The notes: a model not told the origin generated them from the sequence alone. A stretch of DNA of 64,000 nt from Octopus vulgaris (GCA_951406725.2 OX597814.1:93062001-93126000); one strand, 5' to 3'. Counted from the stretch's first letter, positions 40,227 to 55,480 are shown. A program made the numbers and translations.

Positions 40227-40992
40227 TATATGATAATATATATATCTCGAATTGCAATCAAATACATTCCGATGTAAGTCAGCTTTATACTAAAAAGCGC
40301 CAGGTGCAATGAGTTATAGGCAGTTGCACAAATTGAGGAAATATATATTGTTCTGTTCAATGTTTAAAATCACATCATATAATTCAGACTAACTATTAAC
40401 AAAGGATTAACTTAATGCATTAAAAATATATATTTACAGCTGCAAACAGTCTTTGATAAAATGCAGAGATTCTTAGCGGTATAGTATTTTGTTTCAGTAT
40501 AATACACTCGCACGGTGGCGGCGGCAATGGATTAACGTCGTTTGAAGACAATTGTTTGCTCGAGCAACTGAATTATCTGCTCTTGAATTAAAACGTAAGT
40601 GGTTGAGTGTTTTGTAGACGCATGCTTAATGGTAGTCTCTCTCTTGTCAGAGAAAGATGGTTCTGTAATTTATTGCTGAACAACCTGTACAGAGATAATT
40701 TGTTTATAGTGATCAAATGTTTGTGCTGCACTTTAGTTCACTTCATCCATCAAATCGGCATTATCTGTACAGATGTACGGTAGTGCCACGTGACAGATGT
40801 CGAAGTGATCACGGAGCAACGTGAGATGAAGTGTTTTGCTTACTAGCAGTCCGAGAATTGAACATTCGATCTTGTGATCGTGAATGCAACACCCCCTAAC
40901 CACTAGGCCACGTGCCCTCATTAGGACATATGTTCTCTTAATACAATTCTCGAGCAGAATCAGATTGGCACAGTTTGTTCTTCTACCTAGAA

Positions 40993-41496
40993 CAGGGGTG
41001 GGGAAACTTTTTAGTGCGGCAGGCAAAAATTTCCAATGGAAAAGGCCCGCAGACAGTCCACAACTCTTATATCTGTGTAACTCTTGTATATACTTTAATA
41101 AAGATTAGTTTAACACATTGAATTAACGCGTAAGATCTTCATTAACGCCGCCACTGAATTTAGGACGTTTATATTACTTATGCGGTATTCTATATTTTTC
41201 AGCTAGAGTGTAAGTGGGTCCGAAGGGGCTGGTACAAACCTAGCAATATGTGATTTATAGTGAAAACAAAATTTCCATTCAAATGCCAATTACGAGACGA
41301 TTTCTGTTTGAGTCTAACTGTTTTAAGTCGTAGTCGAAACGCGACCTATGTCGAAAATAGGTATATGAATAGTGTAAAAATTTTATAATTGGAAAATTTA
41401 TTATATTTTGTACATACGAGTATATCAGTCTGCGGGCGCAATAGAATGTGATCGCAGGCGCAATTGCGCTCGCGGGCGGGGATTTCCCCATCCCTG
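40993..41496. mobile_element. hAT (Charlie/Buster-like) non-autonomous element, 504 bp
   Basis: TIRs CAGGGGTGGGGAAA / TTTCCCCATCCCTG; perfect 8-bp TSD ACCTAGAA (40985-40992, 41497-41504) with central TA. Confidence 0.9.
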
Positions 41497-41759
41497 ACCT
41501 AGAAGAATAGAATGAACTAAGTGGAGTAAGAGCACACACGAGGACGGACAGTGTCGCTGAAGAGATCACAGATGTGTGACGAAAGATTTCCGGACAATGA
41601 ACATGAGCTGAAATAAGAACAGTAATAAACGAGTGAAGAACAAATATATAGTGCGTGTGTTTATTTGGCAAAAAAAAAAAATGACCGTTCCGAAATACAA
41701 TAATCTGTTTCAACACACGGTTTCACATCATGGATCTTGCAACACAAATTCATAAACGT

Positions 41760-41821
<62 letters not shown>

Positions 41822-41822
<1 letters not shown>

Positions 41823-42350
41823 GTAGTGGATCTTGCAAGCATGAAGAGGATTCAATCCACCATAGCCAAATTTCAAGTAACAGTTCAACAGAACTTTTCT
41901 CACGGTGGAACAATAGTTTTTCTGTAACAGTTTACATTTTCCAGATGCCTCAGTAGACCGAAATAATGTCTTCACCACTTGACCTTTCTAACCTCTTCTA
42001 AGCCACCAAAAGCTAGAAATAAGATAACACGACTACCAACTAAATATATTGTTCTCAACGATATGTCTATTCTTCTGGATAGTTATAAAAGCAAGAACCC
42101 CCAAGTAAAAATCAGTTAGTTACTTGGTGACAACTCAATCAGTTAGTCATTTGCTGACAACTCAGTTAGTGAGAAGGGAGTCTGGCTAACAGGCTAAACA
42201 AAACGCCGTCTCAAAAGAGAAGGGGAAACTATGGTATCTCTCCAACGAAGCAGTTGTTTCGTCCCACACTCTCTTACTCTCACTCTCACTATCTCACTTA
42301 TTTCCTCTAACAACGTCACTCGATCTCTTTCTGTAGATTACTACTAAGCT
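41822..42350. repeat. Unclassified low-copy element, copy 2 (inverted)
   Basis: Reverse complement aligns with 26640-27225. Confidence 0.75.
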
Positions 42351-43544
42351 AATGTGTACACAAACTATACAAGAAAAAATCTTTATTGGAATTTCAACAT
42401 CAACAACAGGGTATTTTCGTATGTATGTATGTATGTATGTATGTATGTATGTATGTATGTATGTATGTATGTATGTATGTATGTATGTATGTATGTATGT
42501 ATATATATATGTATGTATGTGTGTATGTATGTATGTTTGTATGTATGTATGTTTGTATGTATGTGTGTGTGTGTGCATATGTATGCATACCTGTTGGTAT
42601 CACACATTGAAGTAGTTCTTTACATCACACAGAGTTTGAATAATAATTTTTTTTTCACTTATCTTACGAAATCGATGCTAATGGTATCGTATTGCCGATA
42701 TATGTATTGCTAAAATATTCTTCATCCAATATAAAATGTTGAGAAAGATACGGCCATTTTGAAACCTGGTCGATGAGGACACAACTTTCGTGTGTTGAGT
42801 ATTGGGACGAAATAAATTATGAGTTAAAATTCTTTTAGATCAGGTCACATGTTTTCCTTTGCCAAAAAATATATCTTATATAGTTTCCTTCTCGTTAGTT
42901 CTCGTGCCAAAAGCATATACCTAAGTATGTGTACCCATGCATGCGCTCTATATATACACATATACACACATATACACGAGTCCAGGCGTTTGCGCGGTTA
43001 TTGTAACAGTAAAGTAGAAACAGAAAAATTCTTAGTTTTGTGAATATCTTCGACAAATGCTGGTGGTGTTATTGCAGTAAGATCAGTATGTGTGTACATG
43101 TTCAGTGAATATGTGTTTGTACAATGGGTACTCTAAAACTGTTTCGTGCCTGTTGTTGTTGGGGATCGTCACTGGAGTCCAGTTATTGATGGCGTGTTTG
43201 GTTTACAATTATTAACAGCGTACAGACTTTTTAACCTTTTAACATTTAAACAAGCCATATCAGGCTCAAATATTGTATTTATTTTATATTCGAACCAGCC
43301 AGATCCTACCTCTTACACCAACCCTGGAAAGTCATTCTAAAAATAAAGTACTGCGTCATCAAAATTTCAAAGCTATCATTATTTTAAAAGAATACGAATA
43401 AATAAGCATTAAATTTGCAAGATCAATCTGAATAGGGGTTGAGGGAAGGTTTCAATTAGATTAAGCATGACCTGGTGGAGTTTATGAGTTAGGGACCGCG
43501 TTATTGTTCCAACGAATAACACTGTATAGCAAAACTTTTACTGA

Positions 43545-43910
43545 TTTTTTCTTTGTCTTTGGTCAGTAAGTCTTTTTTTTTTTCCTATTTGCTTCTATCT
43601 AGAAATCAAAGGAAATGACTACTATTCTCTTCAAACTTTGCTTTTGTGACCTGGACATTAGTGTTTTGACACTGACCTATTTTCCATTACATTTCAGGCG
43701 TATTCAGTGCTGAGTTGCTGAAGCAGAAATATCGTTATAGCAAATATTCTGCTCAAAACCACAGAATTTGTTTGTCAGTTGCTTGGCCTTAACCATTTGA
43801 GCATGGTTTTTTTGTGGCTGACAATATGTGCATCTCTGATCATGAGCAGGAGTAGTTAGAGAGCATCATAGCCATGTGTTGAGAGAAATTCTTTTGGAAT
43901 TGAATAAATA
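43545..43910 (+). mobile_element. Upstream portion of the (AAT)n-tail retroposon family
   Basis: Reverse complement of 60270-60610; overlaps in sequence with 32720-32890. Confidence 0.65.
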
Positions 43911-44364
43911 TAACAAAAAAAAAGTGTGAAAGAAAGAAATATTAGCCATTTTTCATACTTCCAAGGGAAATAAGAAATATCAGTTGCTACCCAAGGACAA
44001 AACCCTGTTACACAGTGTAATTCATCCTGCATTCGAATTTTCTTCTTGAGTGACACTGGTTTCAGGCAGTCAACCGCTAAGAGTTTGTAGCATATAGCAA
44101 TATATTGCGACAAACAGCTGCAAAAGACAGTGTTATCTGGCAGTGCGACAGCCTATTCTATGGTAGTTGAATGGTTATGAATTGTCGACATTCCTTATGT
44201 AATGTGCAAGGATGTAGCAGGGCGGAGAGAAGTATTGGGCTGGTTTATCAGGAAAAAGGCAAATTTGATAGATCAAATTAAGTACAAGCAGTTTTCTTTA
44301 ATCAGTAGATAGATTTAATTATCAAACATTTAGGTCATAGCTAGAAATGTGTATGTGCATCTAC

Positions 44365-44397
<33 letters not shown>

Positions 44398-44496
44398 ATG
44401 TATGTATGTATGTATGTATGTATGTATGCATGCATGTATGTGCGTGTATATATGTGTATATACGTATGTATGCATATATACACACACACATACACA

Positions 44497-44527
<31 letters not shown>

Positions 44528-44713
44528 CAGATGTGTGTATTTTGCCCTTGTTTACAATTAACACGGAAAAAATAAACAGTTACCAGGGTAGCAAAAAATA
44601 ACACAAGTAAAAAGGGCGTAATACCTTGTTTTCAAAGGTAGAAACTCCAGGTTTTGCATAATATATATAAACAAATAAATGGAGTTAAACGCAGGTGTTA
44701 TTCAAATTCTTTT

Positions 44714-44802
44714 ACTTCCGACACATGTTTCGAAGATATCATTGGTATTATTCCAAAGGAATAAAATGGTCTAAAACAATGTAATCTTCTCTTCAGGGAA
44801 AT
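44714..44802 (-). ncRNA. Complete type I hammerhead ribozyme candidate
   Basis: Minus: ATTTCC-CTGAAGA-GAAGAT[...]ATCTTC-GAAAC-atgt-GTC-GGAAGT; core nucleotides canonical, stems I and II pair, minimal palindromic stem III. Confidence 0.8.
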
Positions 44803-45194
44803 GAATAAAACTCGTCAATAAGACATTTTAACAGAATATGACGGATATGTATAGTGATGAACTGAACGCTGTTAAGTTTTTTTTAAAAAAAAACGTTGGA
44901 GGATATAACGTCAAAAATAGACTATAGAAAGAGGAGTGGTAAAGGAAAGAAAAAATCAGAAACCAAATAAATGAGAAATATAGAACGATATGTAAATTAA
45001 ATAAAACCCTAAAGTCTTGGAAAAAGATATACCTAGTGAAAGTGAAATGTAAGAAGAAAATCAATGTTTGAATTATAGATAATGGTAGATATCACTTATA
45101 TGAACTAAAGGTGTGTTTCTGCCAATGTTTACATTGGTAAGCACGCTCTGTAACCGTGTTTACAAGTGGATTTTTAGAAAAAAGAATAAAAAGT

Positions 45195-46017
45195 AATAAT
45201 AAATCTCTGAACGAGATGTAAACAGTAACTGCTCGACAACGTAAAGTATACTAGCCATCTCAATATGGCTAACCGCTAAGGGTGGGTGTTACTGTAACTT
45301 TTAGTCCCTGGATATCATCGTCTCCAGCTGGCTTTTTGGCACACTTTCTGTGCCCTTATGGTATTTGAAAAGGGAGGTCATCCCTCTCTCGTAAACCTAA
45401 GTGATACGCACGGACTGCAGTTTCGAGGTATTTGCCTCTTGTCAAGGTACGGAAATCACCGGTTTTCGATGAAGGGAGACCTGTTTGCAAATACTTATTG
45501 TTTTTCCCAGTAACTTCCGTCACTGATTTCGAAAAACTGTCTGCAAGCAATAATAAATCTCTGAACGAGATGTAAACAGTAACTGCTCGACAACGTAAAG
45601 TATACTAGCCATCTCAATATGGCTAACTGCTAAGGGTGGGTGTTACTGTAGCTTTTAGCCCCAGGAGATCATCGTTTCCAGCTGGCTTTAGGCACACTAT
45701 CTGTGCCCTTATGGTATTTGCAAAGGGAGGTCATCCCTCTCTCGTAAATCTAAGTGATACGCACGGACTGGGGAAAACAATAAGTATTTGCAAACAGTCT
45801 CTCTTCATCGAAAACGGTGATTGCCGTACATTGACAAGAGGCAAATACCTCGAAACTGCAGTCCGTGCGTATCACTTAGGTTTACGAGAGAGGGATGACC
45901 TCCCTTTGCAAATACCATAAGAGCACAGAAAGTGTGCCTAAATCCAGCTGGAGACGATGATCTCCTGGGGCTAAAAGCTACAGTAACACCCACGCTTAGC
46001 GGTTAGCCATATTGAGA
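45195..46017 (-). mobile_element. Retrozyme/Penelope-terminal-repeat-like insertion: 354-bp tandem units plus an inverted copy, with 15-bp TSD
   Basis: 45195-45418 repeats at 45549-45770; 45768-46017 is inverted; AGAATAAAAAGTAAT at 45183-45197 and 46015-46029; hammerhead-like motifs at 45407-45451(-) and 45825-45869(+). Confidence 0.75.
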
Positions 46018-46435
46018 ATAAAAAGTAATTTACAATTACAGGGAAGATAGAATTCCTTGCCTTTATCATAAGGGAACGAAATGGAGAGAATCAACCAATC
46101 TAAATTAAATTGTTTATTATGGTATTTTAAATACCAAATTAATTTACTAAGCCCTGTACTGGTACATTTATTCCTATCCCTAAATGTAGAGTATTGATTA
46201 GAAATTCATTTACATAACTGAGAAGAACTACATATATAAAAAAGACATTGGTACCTGAAGTAATTTTACACTGGTATATAGAGTTTTAAATCTTAGAATT
46301 ACTTGACATAAACTTAATTCTGTTGGAGTTGAATTCAGAGACAATAACCTGTGTTACACGGTTTTTGTCCTTGTGTAGCAATTGTTATTTCTTATTGTTT
46401 ACACACTCATCTTCGTCTTTTTTTGTAAATTCTCA

Positions 46436-46482
<47 letters not shown>

Positions 46483-46505
46483 GTGTGCGTGTGCCTGTAT
46501 GTATG

Positions 46506-46545
<40 letters not shown>

Positions 46546-46694
46546 AAATAGTGGCACAACAAGGCACCAATGTTTGCTGGAAATGGCAGTGGATAATCGT
46601 ACGAAGCTATGTAATTCCACCTTTACGGTGTTTTATTTAGCTGGAAAATAATACTATTGTATTTCAATAATATTAATAATTTATGCATACACAC

Positions 46695-46782
<88 letters not shown>

Positions 46783-47059
46783 ACACATAAGCACATATAT
46801 ATTCATTTATTCTTTTAATCTTTTACTCTTTTACTTGTTTCAGTCATTAGACTGCGGCCATGCTGGGGTACCAGCTAGAAGTTTAGTGGAACGCATCAAC
46901 CCCACGGTTTATATTTTTTAAAACCTGGTACTTTTTCTATCGGTCTCTTATGCCGAACCGTTAGGTTATGGGGACATAAACACCCCAACCGGTTATCAGT
47001 CGGTGATAGTGGACAAACACAAACACAAAGACACTCACACACACATACAGACACACGCG

Positions 47060-47123
<64 letters not shown>

Positions 47124-47509
47124 TATATACATACCCGGTAATTCACGGGGTAAAGATGTTCTATTGAAACGCCTTATTACTCTGGTATAAGAAAGCAATT
47201 TCGTTATAACTGCCACAAAAGTTGTATTTTCCGTCGCGAAAAAGTACAAAAAACTGTCGGCTGGAGGAAGGAGAGATTGTTGGAGGATGGCGAGAGAGGT
47301 TTTCGGAGATTGGCGAGAAAGTACTCAGACTCATCGTGGCATTTTAAAGGCGAACTTTATGAAGGCTAATTTATTAAAGGTAATATATAAATGTAGTATA
47401 TATGTATATAAATATATGAATGAAATGTTTAATGTTTAAAAATTAAATGAAGAAAATGCAGTAATAACGTTCACGCTCACTGATGGTCTCTCTAAGTAAC
47501 TGCCTTTAG

Positions 47510-47800
47510 CTTACGGAGTTCTTGTTTTTATAACTATCGAAAAGCAGCCAAAAGGATAGATATATTGTTGAGAACAAATGATTTCGTTGGAGGTCTGTTA
47601 TCTCCATTCCAGCTCCTGTTGGCCTAGAAGAGGTCAGAAGCGTCAAGTGGCAAAGACATTATTCTGCTTAGGGAAGGCATCTGGGAAATGTATAACTGCT
47701 GTCATTCACCGAAAATCTATTGTTTTACCGCGAGAAAAGCTGTTGAAGTGTTAAGTGAAATTTGAATCAAATCCACACAATGCCAGCATGAAACCACTGC
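47510..47800. repeat. Unclassified low-copy element, copy 3
   Basis: Aligns with 26930-27220. Confidence 0.7.
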
Positions 47801-47828
47801 AAATATGCTGTGGAATTAAAAAATTATC

Positions 47829-48922
47829 TACTGTCATGGAAAAGTGTAACTGTAAAAATGCAGAATTATCAGAGTAATGGGCATTCAAAAAGGTATGTAT
47901 GAATAGGAATGTATGAATGAAGTCTTTAAAGTTTAAGATTCAAATCAAGGAAGTGCAATAAAAATGTTTAGCAGTAAAAAAACTGAGTAATGAAATGCAG
48001 AATTAGGTCAGCTGATCGTGAGAGTCAAATATTGATCGCTTCACTAAAAACTGCAGAGGCTATTGGTTATTTCCCTTGGGTTGTTTAAATAAAATATTAG
48101 TAATATATTGTAGATAGAAGGATTCATTGGAGAGGTCCTATTATTGATTTTTTTTCAACAATCTAAGTATGTCACGAGGTTTCCAGACACGAGTTCTACT
48201 CACGTGTCAAATAAAGTATAAAAGCGATATTGTCTGCAAAAATTAGAAATTGGACACACAAAAAATCAATATTCAAAGTAATCGAAAATAAACGATGAAA
48301 CCTATAAAATATTTCTAAATTCGATGGCTCAATTAGTTTCATGAAAATGTATGAAATGTAAACAGCAATAAATATTATGAATTGTAAAATAAGTATAAGT
48401 GATACAGGGTGTCCCAACTGTATGTGGTGTGGAAGTTTGGTTTAATTTTTAAAGAATTTTAAGCATTCAAAGTATGAGTTCATTGCATTGGGACACACTT
48501 ATTAAATACGTTCTGGAATAGAAAAATTTATGTACTGTCATCGAAAAATTTTAACTGGAAAAATGCAGAATTATCGGAGCTATGGGCATTGAAAATGTAC
48601 ATGCATCAAGAAAGTGCAATAATAAGGTTTAGCAGTTCAAAATTGTCAGTAGTGAAATGCAGAATTAGGTCCGCCGATCGTGAGAATCAAATATTGATCA
48701 CTTCGCTAAAAACTAACAACTGTACGTTCAGGTGCTATGGGTTATTTCCTTCGAGTGTTTAAAAAAATATTGTGCAGGTGCTATGGGTTATTTCCCTTGG
48801 TTGTTTAAAAGATTAGTTATATGAGGTAGATATAAAGATCCCTTCTAGGGGCCGTATTATCGATTTTTTCAACAATCTAAGTATGTCCCGAGGTTTCCAG
48901 AGAGTTCTACTCACGTGTCAAG
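47829..48922. repeat. Diverged direct duplication (~385 bp)
   Basis: 47829-48210 aligns with 48533-48922; both end GAGTTCTACTCACGTGTCAA. Confidence 0.85.
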
Positions 48923-49081
48923 TTTCATCAAAATCAATAAAACAATGTAGAAGGAGTTAGCTAACAACGCCACAAACACACACAGACCGATTTTCCATAT
49001 ATGTAATAGATATATATATATACATACATACACACACATACACACACATATATACACAGATACACACACACATACACCCCC

Positions 49082-49119
<38 letters not shown>

Positions 49120-49137
49120 CATATGTACGTATGTATG

Positions 49138-49186
<49 letters not shown>

Positions 49187-49523
49187 GGGCTTCTTTCAGT
49201 TTCCGTCTACCAAATCCACTCACAAGTGTGAGTGTTCGTTTTTATTTAATCAAACCTTCTGGTGGGGTTGGTGGTGGTCGTCGTCGTTTTTGTTGTACTT
49301 TGTTGTTGCTGCTGTTGTTGTTGTTGCTGGTGCTGTTGCTGTTTCTGTTGTTTTTGCTGCTGTTGTTGCTTCACTATTTTCTTTCCGAAGAGAACCTTAA
49401 ATAGGACTACATTATCCTATGTGATCTTCCTTGTTTAAGACAGCAGAGTGACATGGAAAGAGATTTTGCCGCTGTTTCTAACAAGTCGGACAACCATATA
49501 GGAGTCTGTCTTGTTGAATGTGT

Positions 49524-49604
<81 letters not shown>

Positions 49605-49852
49605 CGTGCAGGTACATCATGTAGTTGGCATGGCAATAATCATCTCACCTGTACTAAGATTAGAGATTAGTGAAGAGTTTTGATTTGATTAATAATGCTG
49701 GCAGATATATGTGTGCAAACCTATATATGAGTGTGTATATGTGTGTATGTGTATTATATGTATATATATATATATATGTGTGTGTGTGTGGGTGTGAGTA
49801 TATATGTATATATATGCGTGTATGTATGCGTGTGCATATGTATGTATCTGTG

Positions 49853-49949
<97 letters not shown>

Positions 49950-50279
49950 CACATGCCATCAGTAATTACTTAGGGTAGGCAGCTGGTAATATTTAGGTAG
50001 TAAAACACAAAAAAAAATAAGCGAAACACAGCGTGACTGGGTTGAAGGCAGATTCACTTCTTTATTAGCACTAAAGAGAATGTTGATGTTGGAATGTACG
50101 TAGTACGTGTACTACAGCAGTACTGTGCGTAACTTAAATACTATGATTGAAAGGTAGGGGCGAATTATGTTTACCTAATCTACGAGTAAATAAATAAATA
50201 AAATATTTTGCATTTTATGCATAATAATCAGAGTAACCTTCATAATTTTATTGAATTAGGTGCATATTTTGTCATAAAA

Positions 50280-50348
50280 AGTAAATGTCGCTATTGATCT
50301 ATTTTATTCCAGGTTGGCACTGCTTCTTGGCGTACCTAGGAAGCACGT

Positions 50349-50400
<52 letters not shown>

Positions 50401-50439
50401 GTCTACTTACATATAAGAGAACAAAGTGTACGTACGCCG

Positions 50440-50485
<46 letters not shown>

Positions 50486-50735
50486 ATAATAAATATTAGG
50501 GAATAAATCCAAATTTACAGGGAAAAATCAGATTTAGGATTGAATCCAATTTTATAGTAAAATATTATATAATATTAATTAGAGACAAAACCACTATTAT
50601 GCAAATCAAACAAAGAAAGACTTAATCCAATACATAAAAAATTTATATAAATTAAATAAAATTAAGTAAATGTCGCTATTGATCTATTTTATTCCAGGTT
50701 GGCACTGCTTCTTGGCGTACCTAGGAAGCACGTCC

Positions 50736-50813
<78 letters not shown>

Positions 50814-50895
50814 GTCTACTTACATATAAGAGAACAAAGTGTATTGGATTAAGTCTTTCTTTGTTTGATTTGCATAATAGTGGTTTTGTCTCTAA

Positions 50896-50905
<10 letters not shown>
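50280..50905. repeat. Direct plus inverted repeat cassette within (TA)n
   Basis: 50280-50430 repeats at 50665-50842; 50570-50632 is inverted at 50840-50905. Confidence 0.8.
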
Positions 50906-50969
<64 letters not shown>

Positions 50970-50997
50970 GTATATATATATATATATATATAATTGA

Positions 50998-51138
50998 AAA
51001 TGGGATAAGAACGCAAAACATCCGGACAACTAGGTGATACAAAAACGGACAACAAAACATCCATCGTCTATCTGGATGTTTTGTTGTCCCTTTTGTATCA
51101 CCTAGTTGTCCGGATGTTTTGCATTCTTGTCCCATTTT
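50998..51138. repeat. Hairpin (~65-bp arms, 9-nt loop) between (TA)n tracts
   Basis: AAATGGGATAAGAACGCAAAACATCCGGACAACTAGG... and its near-perfect inverse; a related single arm lies at ~35805. Confidence 0.85.
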
Positions 51139-51142
51139 GTAC

Positions 51143-51205
<63 letters not shown>

Positions 51206-51210
<5 letters not shown>

Positions 51211-51511
51211 CGTGACCGTGACCAACCAGGCTATCAGATGTTGCTACATATCGCTGGTCACAATGCGCTTCGCATTGTTTTAGCTTTCAAAGGACGCCAC
51301 CCTGCTGGCTAAGCGAGTAGGCCAACAGAAGAAACAGTGAGAGAACATAATGGCGAAAGAGTACAGCAGGGATCGCCACCCTCTGCCGGAGCCTCGTGGA
51401 GGTTTTAGGTGTTTTCACTCAATAAACACCCACAACGCTCGGTCTGGGAATCGAAACCGCGATCCTACGACCGCAAGTCCGCTCCCCTAACCACTGGGCC
51501 ATTGCGTCTCC
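51206..51511 (-). mobile_element. SINE family C
   Basis: tRNA-like head on the minus strand, homologous to 9540-9839. Confidence 0.75.
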
Positions 51512-51519
51512 ACACACAC

Positions 51520-52350
<831 letters not shown>

Positions 52351-52482
52351 AAGTCAGCCGACAACTGATGAAGGGTTGTTCTTTATGTTACTTGTCCTGT
52401 TTGCCATTTGTCTTTCTCGTTGTTTGCGTATTGAACTCATTTGTTTTCGTATTTCCTGTTGTTTCCTGTACCCATATACGCA

Positions 52483-52579
<97 letters not shown>

Positions 52580-52892
52580 GTATATATATATACATATGTA
52601 TATGTATATATATATAAAAGGGTAAAGACCCCCTTCGGTCATGAATGACCATGGGATTGCACCTAGAAAGTTACCCTCCTAGACACAAGTCCGGGCAAGG
52701 TTGTTTATGGAAGGCCAGCAGTCGCCCATGCATACCAGCCTCCCCTCTCCACGCCACCAGTGTTATCCAAGGGAAAGACAAAGGTCGTTACAGCTTGGCA
52801 CCAGTGACGTCGCAACTCATTTCTACAGCTGAGTGAACTGGAGCAACGTGAAATAAAGTGCCTTGCTCGGGAACACAACACGCAGTCCGGTC

Positions 52893-53013
<121 letters not shown>

Positions 53014-53165
53014 TGTATATATAATTTATATTATTATTTGATTGAATGCCACGCATCCATTTCCAAGTAAGTTTATAACATACACACACACACATATATA
53101 TATGTATATATATATACATAGATACATACATATGTATATGTATGTATATATATATGTATATATAT

Positions 53166-53222
<57 letters not shown>

Positions 53223-53337
53223 ATATATATACACATATATATATATATAGTTTATATTATTTGATTGAATGCCACGCATCCATTTCCAAGTAAGTTTATA
53301 ACACACACACACACACACACATACATATATATATATG

Positions 53338-53394
<57 letters not shown>

Positions 53395-53404
53395 ACGTAT
53401 ATAT

Positions 53405-53436
<32 letters not shown>

Positions 53437-53468
53437 GCATATATATATGTATGCATATATATATACAC

Positions 53469-53523
<55 letters not shown>

Positions 53524-53533
53524 CATATGTATA

Positions 53534-54438
53534 TTGGGTCATCCCATAAATAAGACGGTTTTTTTAAATACTTCTTTTACTTTACAAAATTAAGATAAAG
53601 TTCTTTTTATCTAAAATATACTCTCCATTCTCTACAATGCTCTTCTATCTATCGGGTAGACTTGCACGACCCTTCTTCCAAAATTCACTTGTCTGTAACG
53701 AAAATACTCCTCTAGTGCTGTTCTGATCTCGTCCACAGAATTTTTACCGTCTAAATTATTTTGAAGACTGCAGAATAAATAATAATCAGATGAGGCAATG
53801 TCCGGCGAATATGGTGGGTGGGGCATCGTTTCCCATTCAAATTGCTCCAGCCTTTGGAATGAAATCCTCGCTGTATGTGGCCGAGCATTATTCTGATGGA
53901 AGAACACCTTTCGTCTTGAAACTAAAGATAGTCGATTTTCTTCTTCGTTTTTCTTGACTTAAGTCGCTCAAGCAGCTCGCAGTAGATCTCCTTTGTTACC
54001 GTTTGGTTTGGGCTTAAAAGTTCAAAGTGAGCTAAACCTTCCGTATCCCACCAAACAGATAACAACACTTATGTGGGTGAAGACCTTTGTAGCCTGGAGG
54101 GGGAGCAGTGTTTCTCCTTTCACTACCCACTGTCTTCGGCGCATGACATTTTTATAGAGAATCCATTTCTCGTCACCAGTCACTTTCCGTTGCATTGTTG
54201 CCTTTATTGAATTCATAAAGCAAAATATACCGAATATGCTCCTTTCTCACTTCCAATATAGCTTTGAAAAAATAACTGCTAACATCGAACTTCACTCTTC
54301 AAAAGTTGCACTAAAAATAAGTACAAGTTATAATGACTATCTGCTTTTATAGCAAGTTGATGCAGGTAGTTTATCCCGACCCCGCCCGACTTTTAGTTCA
54401 TGTAATTGAAAAACTGCATTATTTATGGGATGACCTAA
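53534..54438 (-). mobile_element. Internally deleted mariner (cecropia/mellifera-like termini), 905 bp
   Basis: TIRs TTGGGTCATCCCATAAATAA / TTATTTATGGGATGACCTAA with TA flanks; VTGDEKWILY, FHQNNARPH and HPPYSPDIASSDYYLF motifs, frameshifted. Confidence 0.9.
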
Positions 54439-54458
54439 TATAAACATATATGCGTGTT

Positions 54459-54498
<40 letters not shown>

Positions 54499-55444
54499 CA
54501 TATATATATATATAGGGAGAATTCACAAAAAAAACAAAAGACGAAGACAGGTGGTGTAGACAACAAATAGATGTATTAGTATAACGCTCGGGAAGTGAAA
54601 AAGAGTTTAACGTTTCGAGCCTACGCTCTTCTGCAGAAAGGAACACAGGAAGCCACAAGGAGAGAAAATAAAGCAAGTGTAGTGGCTAGCGATCTATGGA
54701 TACTTACATGTATGGATATGTATGTATATATGCATCTGCATATATTTACTATATACCTATTGGCTAGCACGATGCTAGTATGTACATGTGCTTGTTTGTG
54801 TGCGTGTGTGTTTGTGTGTGTGTGAGTGTGTGTGGGCGTGTGTGTGTGTGTATGCGCGTGTGTATGTATGTGTGTTTGAAAAGTATGTGCGTGTGTGTTT
54901 GAAAAGTATGAATGTCACAAAGCTCCTTCATTCACTCCTCCATCCTTTCACCGCCACCTCCTGCACCACCGCCATCACCACCTCCAGCAGCAACACGACC
55001 AGCACCATCAGCTCTAGCAGCAGCACCACCACCACCACCTCGCCAGTATGAAGGAAATGCCAATCAGGCTCTCATGTCCTAAACAGTTAAAAAAATCTAC
55101 TTCAAGTTGTGCTATGAAGTTTAGGCATGACCTGGTTCAATAGCGACCAAAACCCATCTATATTATCTGTATTTTATACATGCCTAATAGCCGCTTATTC
55201 GTTCTCGAAAGCAAACATCGCTTGAAGCATTTCAGAATCGATCTCATGTGTAAGAATTACGGCTGTGACTCTTCAGGCCGGCAAGTGACCTACACTCACC
55301 GGTACAGATGTTACGACATGATTGTTCTCAATAAAAGAATCCACTCGCTGGTTATTTTGCACTCTCATGTGTCATTCAAGGCCCCAGCTGGCAACATACA
55401 TACATACATACATACATACATACATACATACATACATACATACA

Positions 55445-55480
<36 letters not shown>

